Assembly (NCBI GenBank): GCA_035084275.1
Contig: CM068742.1
Location: 3,100,001 to 3,164,000 of the forward strand
Direction: 5' to 3'
Origin: Hydrolagus colliei
Taxonomy: Eukaryota
Length of the DNA stretch: 64,000 nt
The stretch's first letter is position 1; every line of letters starts with the position of its first letter. Shown here piece by piece: positions 37,284 through 48,637 of the stretch. The notes below the pieces were generated by a model. That model saw only the letters and a program-made list of their open reading frames with translations. It was not told the origin of the DNA and ran no database searches. Made by a program: the position numbers and the translations under genes.

Positions 37284-39537
37284 GGGAATAGTGACCACAA
37301 TATCGTTAGATTCAGAATAATTATGGAAAGGGATAAGGAACGATCACAGGTGAGGACACTCAACTGGAAAAGGGCTAATTTCAATGAGTTCAGGTGGGAC
37401 CTAGCCAAGGTGGATTGGAAAGAAAAATTGGCAGGTAAGACAACTAACGAGCAGTGGGCAGCGTTCAAAGAGGAGATAGTTCAGGCACAGGTCAAAAGCA
37501 TCCCCACAAAGGTGAAATGTAAGGCATCCAAACCTCCCTGGATGACTAAGGAAATTGGGGCCAAAATAAAACAAAAAAAAGAGGCTTATGATAAGTGTCA
37601 GGCTCAAAATTCAGAAGGGAACAAAGCAGAATATAGGAAGTGTAGGATAGAACTAAAAAAGGAAGTTAGAGGGGCAAAGAGACTGCATGAAAAACAATTA
37701 GCGAGTAAGATTAAGGGGAACCCTAAGGTTTTTTACCAACGTATTAAGAGTAAAAGGTTGGTCAAGGATAGGGTGGGGCCAATTAGGGACCTAGGAGGAA
37801 ATCTCATTGTGGAGGCAGAGGGCATGGCTGATGTACTGAATGAGTACTTCGCCTCTGTCTTCACAAAAGAAAATGATACAGCCAATGCCATGGTATTAGA
37901 GGAGAGGGGAGGAGAAATGGATAGAATCATTATAACCAGAGAGGAAGTGCTAAAAAGGTTGACGTCGCTCAAGGTGGATAAGTCACCTGGTCCGGATGGG
38001 ATGCACCCTAGGTTACTAAGTGAGGCACGGGAGCAAATAGCAGGGACTCTGGCCACGATCTTTCAATCTTCCTTGGACACAGGGGTCGTGCCAGAGGACT
38101 GGAGGATAGCTAATGTTACTCCCTTGTATAAAAAGGGGCAGAAGGACAAGCCTGGTAACTACAGACCAGTCAGTCTAACGTCGGTAGTGGGCAAACTTCT
38201 AGAGTCCATAATCAGGGACAAGGTAGATCTTCACTTAGAAAGATATAGGCTAATAAAGGACAGTCAACATGGATTTGTTAAAGGCAAATCTTGCCTTACA
38301 AATCTGATAGAATTTTTTGATGAGGTAACGGAATGGGTGGATAATGGTAGCGCAGTTGATGTAGTTTACATGGACTTTCAAAAGGCATTTGACAAAGTGC
38401 CACATGAGAGACTTATTATGAAATTAAAGGCCCATGGCGTAAAAGGGACAGTGGCAGCGTGGATCCACAACTGGCTGCGAGACAGAAAGCAGAGAGTTGT
38501 AGTGAGCGGCTGTTTTTCAGATTGGAGGGAAGTGAGCAGTGGTGTGCCACAGGGATCGGTTTTGGGACCATTGCTGTTTGTAATCTACATCAATGATCAG
38601 GACTTGGGTGTACGGAGTACAGTTTCCAAGTTTGCAGATGACACTAAGTTAGGGAGAATAGTAAACAGTGAGGAGGATAGTAGCCATCTGCAAGAGGATA
38701 TAGACAAATTGGTAAAGTGGGCAGACACATGGCAGATGAAGTTTAATGCAGAGAAGTGTGAGGTGATGCATTTTGGGAGAAGAAATGAAGGGAGGCAATA
38801 TAGGCTAGATAGTACAATTTTAAATGGTGTAAAGGAACAGAGAGACCTGAGGACTCGTTGAAGGTGGCAGGACAGGTAGACAAGGCTGTTAAGAAGGCAT
38901 ATGGGATACTAGGCTTTATAAATAGGGGTATAGAGTACAAAAGTCAGGAAGTGCTGACTAACCTCTATAGGACTTTGGTGAGGCCTCAGCTGGAATACTG
39001 TGTTCAATTCTGGTCACCACACTACAGAAAGGATGTGAAGGCATTGGAAAGGGTACAACGAAGATTTACTAGGATGGTGCCAGGATTGAGGGACTTCAGC
39101 TATGAGGAGAGGCTAGATAGGCTAGGGTTATTCTCTCTGGAGCAGAGAAGATTGAGGGGAGACCTAATAGAGGTTTATAAGATCATGAGGGGTTTCGACA
39201 GGGCAAATAGAGAAAAACTATTTCCACTCGTGGGTGAATCTGTGACTCGTGGTCACAGATTTAAAATAGTTTCAAGGCGCAGTAGAGGGGAACTGAGGAG
39301 AAATTTTTTCACTCAGCGAGTTGTTCGAATCTGGAATGCATTGCCTGAAAAGGTGGTGGAGGCTGATTCGATAACAACTTTTAAAAGGGAATTAGATCTT
39401 TATTTAGGGAGAACGGGTCTATTAGGCTATGGGGAGCGGGCAGGGCAGTGGGATTGAATCGCTCTTTTCAAAGAGCCGGCACAGACTAGATGGGCCGAAT
39501 GGCCTCCTTTTGTGCCGTAAAATTCTATGATTCTATG
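37284..39537 (+). mobile_element. Young CR1 LINE, 5'-truncated, frameshifted ORF2
   Basis: ORFs 37323-38861 and 38858-39457 with all RT motifs; endonuclease-end NSDHN at the 5' edge; (ATTCTATG)2 tail; TSD ATTACA at 37278-37283 and 39538-39543. Confidence 0.98.
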
Positions 39538-39940
39538 ATTACATGTACATAACGCCTTTCACGCCAGGAAGATGCCCCAAGGCACTGAAGAGTCATTGTG
39601 TCAGACCCGAGCNNNNNNNNNNNNNNNNNNNNNNNNNNNNNNNNNNNNNNNNNNNNNNNNNNNNNNNNNNNNNNNNNNNNNNNNNNNNNNNNNNNNNNNN
39701 NNNNNNNNNNNNNNNNNNNNNNNNNNNNNNNNNNNNNNNNNNNNNNNCAATGGGACCATCAAAGAGGAGAGTTTTGAGGCGGGACTTGAAGGAGGCCAAG
39801 GAGCAAGCGAGGCAGAGGGACTGCGGGATAGAGTTCCAGAGGTTGGGGGCAGAGTGGCTAAAGGCAGATTGGTAAGGCGTTAGAAGGTCACGGATGTAGG
39901 GTGGGGCGAGGGTGAGTTTGTGGAGGGCTTGGAGGTAATT
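39538..39940 (-). mobile_element. L2 3' fragment split by the CR1 insertion; spans a 135-N gap (39613-39747)
   Basis: AFSHSAPNLWNSIPQSL..SFKSRLKTLLF; its (TTG)n tail lies on the other side of the CR1 at 37264-37283. Confidence 0.85.
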
Positions 39941-40405
39941 GGAGTAAGACAACTTGCCTAGAATTGAGCCCAGGTCGTTTTGGTTCCGAGGCAAGTTCTC
40001 CAACAAAAACGCCACGGGTTTCCAACAAAATCAGTGCCAAGAAGAACAGAAATAGTCGGACTGTTTTTCTTCTTCCCCAACTATGCACAATTCAATATGT
40101 AAATTTCAAGTAGATAAGTCACAATGTGCACAGTATTCATCTGCAGTTATTTCTATCGACTTCACATGATGAATGGTTGGCGTACTAAAATATAGCCTTC
40201 TGATTCATCAGGTTGGCATTAAAATGGTTTGTGCAAATTTGCTACATTCGGGAAGGCTCTGAGACGCCGTCTGGCGTGGAGGGCGCTATATAAATTGAAG
40301 TTGTTGTTGTTGTGTGTTGTGTGTTGTGTGCAGGATGGGCATTTTGAAGTGACATCAGCGAGTATGAACGGAAGCTGCAGGAAATAATATCAACGGTAAC
40401 CTGAG

Positions 40406-40660
40406 GGGGGGCACTCGATAGTCCGAAGGTTCGATAATCCGAACACACAAATTTCCTATACCAGCGGTAGCCAGGGGGCGTTACCGCTCGATAGTCTGAG
40501 CCGAAAATATAATAAGGTTTGTCAATCCGAACGTTTCCATCCCATATGGTTAGGTTTAGGGTTAGGGTTAGAGTTAGGGTTGGGGGATGCTTCGGACTAA
40601 CAAACCTTTGGACTCTTGAACCTTCGGACTAATGAACCTCCGGACTATCGGGTGGTAACC
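40406..40660. mobile_element. Mutator/MuDR-like non-autonomous TIR element with internal TTAGGG tract
   Basis: 8-bp direct repeat AACCTGAG (40398-40405, 40661-40668); GG...CC termini; inverted arrays of a 16-nt unit TCGATAGTCCGAAGGT. Confidence 0.75.
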
Positions 40661-42130
40661 AACCTGAGAACCCCTTACAGCAGACATTTTTAATGAACTT
40701 GCTTATAATGTACTTGCCTGAGCCTATCCCATCTTGCTAACATGCCTCGATGTGTCCAGGCTTGATCTTTTAGCCCCCTTAAGTATTGGGGGGGAAGGGG
40801 GAACTTTGTGCCATTTTATGAGGTGCAAAGTATGAGACAGGCAAATTCCATGGTCCCTTCTAGGCCATGTCAATTTTTGAGATCCAAAGGCAGGGCTGCA
40901 ATTTTAGTGCAATAATAATGGAGTGGTGTATTGTTGGGGGGGGAGCGCAATTTTTCTGACGAGTTGTTAGCTGAGGACCCCTTATTCAACATGAAAAATG
41001 AGTGTCTCCTGGTGGACAATCCTCCAGCTGAATTCACCATTCATATCATGCCTGTTTGTACGGCCATGCTCAGCAAACAACTGCCTTGTTTGTTTGCAAA
41101 AAACAGTCACTGTCCTTGCCAGTAATTACTGTGAAGTGCTTTGTAACATGTGATGTGTTGAGGCACTTTGCAAAATAAGATCGAAGTACCTGCATTATTA
41201 CACTGACTGACGTTTCAAGCAGTAAACAATCATATACTATTCCACATGCTTAATACCTCTCATATACCAGTACGTAGTGTGCAACGTGTTCCCTAGTTGT
41301 TCTGCACTCTGATGTTTTCTCGTCCCTTGGAGAAAAGCATAGTCTACCCATTTGTAAATTCATTTGTTGGCAAGCCTTTTAGCACCGGGTCACTAATCTA
41401 CCACATTCAGTGAGGCATTCCTTTTCATGTGGTAATTTCCATTAACCCGAACCTACACTTCTAATGTTCACATAAGGGAGTTTCTCCTAGTGCCCTGGTC
41501 AATCGTCTTACAGATACAATTGACTCCTCTCACTTCATGGCTGGTTGTGGGATAGTGCTATGCAAAAATGCCTATTTGTTTAAAAATACAGTAATTATAC
41601 TTCATAGCAAAATCTGTTGAGAGATCTTGATGGCATCCTAAGGTTCTATATCACCCACAAAATACAGTCACCACACTTGATAGTGAAGAGCTATGAAGAG
41701 CTGTGAAGAGCTTTTAATGTCTCAAATCTCAACGTGTCTGATAAGGAGTTAGTTACACCAAATGCAAAGATTATTATATAGTAGTTGTAGTTGTATTGTA
41801 TCAAATTCAAAGATTATTTGTATTATGACAAATATTAGCATCAGAGTCTCACTGTAGAATCCTTCAAGAGCGTCAACATTATACATTTCACACCTATTTA
41901 AATCTATGAAGCTATGCTGATGCTTAAGTGTCCATTAGGTCTAAATACACCTTGATGTACCTTGAGCATCGGAACTGGGACAAGTGATTGACACTCCCAA
42001 TGATCAGTAAATGGTAAGTCTACAATCCTGACAAAGAATTTCACCAGGTGTTTCAACAAATCAAGCTGTGACTCGAAACGTTTCAGCATTACATCAGAAA
42101 TGAAGGTCGCTGGTTTACTTTTCCATTTTA

Positions 42131-42352
42131 CAGTAAAAGCCTGTTTATCCATGACCCGATCAACCGTAACTTTCATATAACCGGCACCTCAAAAAAGGTT
42201 CCCATTCGATTATCCAGAATTTATCTGGTACAATGTATTTGTAAAAAAATGTCATTTAAAAAACAAATTGCGTGTTTTCGGCCGAATATCCGGCACGTGC
42301 TTTTACCGGCTTTGGCCAGATCCCGAGGTGCCAGATATATGGGCTTTTACTG
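42131..42352. mobile_element. Tigger/pogo-like MITE, same family as 10737-10960, opposite orientation
   Basis: TA|CAGTAAAAGCCTGTTTATCC ... GGGCTTTTACTG|TA; internal sequence is the reverse complement of the first copy. Confidence 0.92.
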
Positions 42353-45300
42353 TATGACATTCCTCCTAGATAAACTCTCACTTTCTACATCTAAATGTTA
42401 ATAACACCAAGGCTTTTTGGCTTGGCTCCCATCAGAGCTTTCTCACCTCAGTTTCCAACACATCGACCCGTGCAGATGTTCATTCCATCATGTGAAACCT
42501 CGGTGGAATCCTATCATAATATAATAATCCTTGCATTTGATATTGTGCTTTTCATGTCTTCTAGACGTCTCAAAGCTTTTCACAGAAAATATTGTAAAGT
42601 CAATTGGTTGTATACTTGTGGGCAAAATGCGGCAGCCAATTGCCCACAGCAGTGTCCCACAAACAGTCGTGGATTGAGTAACCAATTTATTTATTTAAAA
42701 ATTTGTTGGTGCTTGGTGAACCCTCATCTGCTCTTGAGAACCTATGCCATGATTTGCTTTCCCTCACTTTATCCTCACCTGCCTCTGCCACTACTTCTCC
42801 TTCCCCACGACCCTCATCAGCACTTTCATTACATTCGGTTTCAATTATTGCAAAACCCTATTCACAGGACATTCAGCTACTCCTCATACTATATATTTTC
42901 CACAAATTCATTCCACCCTATGTTTGTGACCCTCCCGAGTTCCTCCCTCTGCTCACTGGACACGGGTCTCCTTCATGTTTCCCAACCCGTCTGAAACTCT
43001 GGAGGAGTGCGATCAACCATTCTGCCCCTGGTCTCTGGAACTCCATCCCAGAGTGCCTCCACATCATTAAAACTCAGATTAATACCTTTCTCTTTGGCTG
43101 TGCCTTTGGCCACCTTCCTCCCAGCTCATCTTCTTCCCTTCCCTCGCTAACTCAGGCTTCCATTCAATTGTGTGAAGTGCTTTCAGAACATCTTCCCGAT
43201 GTGAAAAGTGTTAAGTAAACATAAGTTGTGTGTGAAAACCTGAGGTGCTTGAGTGAAATCTTTGACACATTCATCTTCCGCAAGCATGAAATGGAAACTG
43301 GTTGTAATTACTTTTACCACAATCTTCATGTATTCTTAACAGTCATTTTGCAGAAAGAAAATGATACATCTAGAGGCTATGCCATACAATTCATATTCGG
43401 GAAAATTGGCAATGTTGTAGATGTCCTGAACAATAGTACTCATTTGACACTTACACGATATTGCTGATACAGTTGTTTGCATGCGAATGGCAAAATATAG
43501 CAATGTTAAAACTGAGCAGAGAAATGCAGAGAGCTTCGCTCTTGTGTAGCAACCTGTCACGACTTACACAGCTTTCCTGCATGGCTTTTCCCTCACCTAT
43601 CTTCTGTACAAATAAACCAAAGAAAGGTTTGAATACATTACAAAAGTATTGTTCATAAATAACAACTACAACGACAACAACATTACACTTGATTAGAGCC
43701 TTTCACACCAGAAGGACGTCCCGATAAACTCTCAATCTGACACATGCAGAAGCTTTTTAAGCACGTAATTACCGCATGGATATTTAGAACATACCACTTC
43801 TCCCTCTTTCTGTGCAGTTCCATTTTCTTATTTTCCCTTTTCCCTAACATTATTTTTGCTTTCTTTCAGCTCTGTATTTGCCCTTGCTTTCCCACTTGCT
43901 TTGCATCCATTTCTCTCCAACAATGTGAACTTAAACCATATATTGTTGCTTTGAAAATGTTAAACACATAATCTAATGGCGTCATCACTTCTGAATCAAA
44001 GTTAATGGGCATCTCAAGGGAAAGTCACATCGCCAAGCGTGGAGTGTAAAGATGTAGGAACAAAACAAACTGCAATACAATTCATATACTGTAAATTGTA
44101 GTATCTGGATAATACACAAACCCATGTAAATAATTTCCTTTTGTGCTAAAACTAGAGACATCCACAAACATTTTGTAAAAATTTCTATGGCTAACATTTC
44201 TCCGCACTTCATTGAAACACCATCAACTCTTGTGACAAATAATCATCACTCTCAAGGACAACTTCAAGGTTCTGACGGGAATGCCAGTTTCACATTTTGA
44301 AGTGTATTCTCATCAAAAGTCTTGAATGGGCATTGTATACCACAAAAAAACAAATATCCTGCAGGACATTGGTGAAGATGATTTTTTCACTCACTGACAA
44401 TTTCACTTTCTGCTGGCTCACAATGGCATAACAAATATATGTTGCCAAAGATCCGAGAGAGTATCCAAGGATTACACAATATCACTTCCAGCAGGAAGTT
44501 TAGCGAGCTTCCCTCTGCTTTTCCAGCAAGGATCACTCTACACGTTAGGGGTTTGGGTGGCAGAGTTAATAGGAGCGGAGTGGGAAGAAACCCTGTCCCC
44601 ATACACTGCGTTGGCCAAAAATACGAATAACATCAACTAAGAGAGAAAACAAAACCGATGAAGTATGAAAGCAATGACAAAACTTACTTTCTATGGAGTT
44701 AAATGAAAATTGCAGAGATGTAATTAATAATAACAATAATCCTTGCCTTTGATATAGCGCTTATCACATCTTCTAGACGTCTCAAAGTGCTTCACAGAAT
44801 ATACTGCAAACTGAATTAACTGTATATTTGTGGGCAAATGATGGAGCACACAATCAAAATGACCTCCATCACATTGCTGAGAAAATAACTCAAAAGAGAT
44901 AGATACACTAATGATTTTCTACCTTGAAAAAGGAAAGAAAAAGACAACAACCTTATGTGCTCCAAACAGTTAGCAGAAGAGTCTTCGTAAAGGATCCTTT
45001 CCGACTCAGCAGTGCTGCACAATGCTGCAAACGCTCCACCGCATGAGACATTATCATTTTCATTATGTCCCCTGCATGCTGCCTGTCATTTATCTTTCCT
45101 CCAGTTATTTACTCGCTAATGGCTCGGACTGATGCAAGCCTCTCCTCCTGAAGAACTAATAACTAAGTTTTAAACCAGATGGATTGCAATTTAAAGGTAT
45201 CCGACGAAAGCAATGCAGATAGCTGAATCAAAGCATGAGGTGACACTTGATTTGTATGCAGATGATAAAACATTCAGCATTTTTCCCCTTTTGCAAATAT

Positions 45301-47124
45301 GGAAAAATAATGCCAGGAGACATTGTACATATTGTTGTATCTGGGGCTCATGATGTCTTTTACCTTTCACCAATTATCGAGATTATTGTCAGCTGAACCA
45401 TGGATCAGGCGAAGCAAAAAAAGAAATGGGAGTTCAGATCCTCAATTAAAGCACAAGAGGTGAGCAGCTTGATTACATCAAGTTCATCACCACTTGGCGT
45501 TTTGCTATCACTGCCTTTCTCTGTTACGAGAATGAATCTATCTCCGCTGATAACACGGTTTAATTTTTTTTTAAACCGCAACAATTTAATTGTTAATCGT
45601 GTTAAACAAGTTAATCATTATTATCCCTGTTCACTACAAATGATATTGTGAGAGGCACTACAGAGATAAAAGATTACACAGATAAGATCAGTGTCATTTT
45701 GTTAAGCGACAGTGGAAAAGCTCATGAATATTTTTATTAGCTGCTCACATTGACCCTACGAGCCTACGAGGACTTTGATAGCATCTGGGCATCAAAATGA
45801 TAAATGGTGAATTAGTGTTAAAGTGTTTAACCCTTTCCCTGCCCAGGAGAGCACAAAGAATTGCAACGGGGAAATTAAGAATACAGTTGGAGGTGGGAAT
45901 GGGACCTTGTAGCTTACAAGGCATGGTCGAAGAGGAGGGTGCAAGGAGGCAAGGGAGGGAGTGAGGCAATAGGAATATGGGATGGAGTTCCAGAGGATGG
46001 GGGGCAGAGAGGCTAAAGGCCCGAGAGTTTAAGGAACAACAACAAAATTGCACTTATATAGCGCCTTTCACATTGGGAGGACGTCTCAAAGTGCTGAACA
46101 AGGCTTTAAATGCCACTAACAACTAATTTATACAATATTTCTAGTTTGGACTCAACATGCTAGATAGCTTGAATTGACTATAAATAATAGGAGTTCTGGA
46201 GGTTAGAAGCATATTGTTTAAAGGCATAGCCACTGATGGGGGTGCAAAGGGGTTGGGGGATGTAGATGAACATAGAACACAAGGAGGCGGTGGTATTGGC
46301 CTGAAGGGATTTGTATGTGAGAGTGAGGAGTTGAAGTTAATCAGTTCAGCATCAGGGAGTCAGTGGGGCACGGGATGTGCAGCGTTTGGTACTGGTGGGT
46401 ACGCGGGTGGTGGGGTTTTGGATGAGGTGGTACGCTGCTATAACTCTTGCTTTGTATATTTAAACTAGTTGCACATTCCGTTCACTGCAGCAAATTAATT
46501 TTTTCAATCCAGCTGTCAGGCCAGATCACAACAACCGCATGGAAAAAATTTGCCCAGCTGCCAACATGATGCAACTGAAGCAGGATAGTTCCTCGGTGTT
46601 CCAGGGAATCTGCCCGAAAACTCCCACAAGGACGTGACAGCTGGTGGTTACAGCATTGCTTTCATTTGACACATTCAATTTCCTATTTTTCATTCGGCTT
46701 TACCTTACACAGCTTCCGAGTTCCGGAAAATAGCGTAAGAGCTTCCAAAATATTGCCTTCTACCTCAAGACAGGACAGCGCATTTTACAAAAGGAACAAG
46801 TTTGAAGAACCTCAAACGTATCTTCTTAGAACTGTTTCTAACTCAATCAATGCCAACAGAATTCAAACATACATTTAATGGATCAGGGCTCACCCTGTTG
46901 GGGGATGAGCAGCAGAGAAGTTAGTTGTGACATCCTCAACTTCATAAGAGTTGAGCCTGAAGTGTTCTGAGATCATCATTACACTTTTGGCCAATGAGTG
47001 TGCCAAATTGAGTGTCAATTTGTGCGACACCAACCTAAGAATATTCCTTGCGTTTCATATGGTGCATTCTCATGCCATCAACATGTTTCAAAGAAATTCA
47101 CAGCATTTGTAATAATACTGTCAT

Positions 47125-47441
47125 AATATAATCCTTGCATTTGATATCTCTTGATGTGAAAGACACTATATACGTGTAATTTTGTTGTTGTTGATACAGT
47201 GCATTTCAAAGCGCTTCACAGAATATACTGTAAAGTGAATTGACTGTAATTATGTGGGTGAAACGTGGCAGCCAATTGTGCACAGCAGTGTCCCACAAAC
47301 TGTCAAGGATTAAAATGACCGTTTTTTGAGAGGGATTAATCTTAGTCAAATGGAGTAAGGAAACTTGCCCATTGTTTCACCTTGCCTGGAATTGAATCCA
47401 GGTCTCTTACTTGTGCTTTAACCACTGAGCTATAAGACTCC
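47125..47441 (-). mobile_element. tRNA-derived SINE, tail interrupted by a short L2 3' end
   Basis: Head GGAGTCTTATAGCTCAGTGGTTAAAGC; L2 tail inserted at 47148-47190. Confidence 0.88.
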
Positions 47442-47745
47442 ACCACCGTACAGTGCAGTGATTGCACATTTCGTAACTGAACGGTCAGAGGGGACCTCAG
47501 TCTAACATTTTATCTGAAGGACTTTTTTCGGGGGGTCAGGCACATGCGGAAAGCCATTATCATGCTTAAGAGTATCCAAACCAAAGTGAGATAACTGTTT
47601 GTGAGACATTACTGTCTGCAATTGGCTCCCAGGTTTTGCCCACAAAATACACAGTCAATCCACTTTACAGTATATTGTGAAGCACTTTGAGACACATAGA
47701 AGATGTGATCAGGTACAATATCAAATGCAAGAATTATTATTATAG

Positions 47746-48345
47746 ATTGCCATTGATGTTGCTGCCCCCAAGCTTTCCTGTTGCTTGTCCAGAAAGCACC
47801 ACACCTTATGGCTTTGGCTTCTAGGATTAACAGGAGCTGATTGAGATGACGCCCTACCCCCTAGTGACTGTATTTCAAGGTCTAGCCGATAAGCCAAGTT
47901 GGCTATGCCGTCATCATCAGTGTCTTGGAATCTGTGGACCTGCCTGGCACAGGAACCGGACTACTGAGACCTCCACAAAGGGCTGGCTCAATTCCGCCAT
48001 TCGGTTGCCAGACATATCACCTTGGAACCAGTTCAGCTCTTAGGGGACCTCCCCAACTCTGCCCGGAAGGAGGATGGTCACTAGTTGGTCTTTCAACATC
48101 TGAAAAGCATGGGTTTGAGCCCTCACTAAATCAAAGGTAGATACAAGGATGTCCCTATGAGCTTCCCAGTGGGCAACGCATCTCAGCATGGAATGTGTAA
48201 GAGCATTGCCACTGTCTTTCTGTCCGAAGCTTGGACACACATCCCTTCCCATTGAGCAATGGTTCCACCAATTAGCGGTGTGAATTTTAAGCAGCTGCTG
48301 CTTGACTCTCTGCAGGCCAATCAAGGTGGATTCCAGGCGCTGGAA
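47746..48345 (-). mobile_element. Dispersed repeat, possibly the 5' region of an RTE-clade LINE
   Basis: Matches 7112-7410 in reverse complement (AACTGGYTCCAAGGTGAYATGTCTGGC; AATCAGCTCCTGTTAA..AGCCAAAGC; GGAAAGCTTG..TCAATGGCAA); the extent beyond 48035 is inferred. Confidence 0.5.
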
Positions 48346-48637
48346 TTACAAACACAGGTTCATGAATTTAGACTCAAGATAATGCCTTCCTGCAGTTGCC
48401 GTCTGCATATCGGCACCTCCGAAATGTAGTACAGTACTGTACTCCCATAGAAGTACACTGGAGTGTCAGCCTAGACTGGGAGCTATCGCTCAGTGTTCGT
48501 TTTAGAATATATTTGATGTTTTCCACAGACGATGTTAACTTATTCATGGATGTCAATATCAAACTTTAACAAAGAGCCAGACGGTACATCATTCTCATTT
48601 GTCAAAGACAGCTTGCTTATACATATTATATTATATA

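Noticed and set aside
40591-40654. CRISPR-like array
   Set aside because: Contiguous 16-nt units without spacers, part of a TIR in eukaryotic DNA.
41904-42176. 90-aa minus ORF
   Set aside because: Starts inside the Tigger-like MITE; no acceptor or known domain.
44952-45083. Protein-like minus frame ACRGHNENDN..ERILYEDSSANCLEHI
   Set aside because: Purine-rich acceptor, weak donor and no recognisable family.
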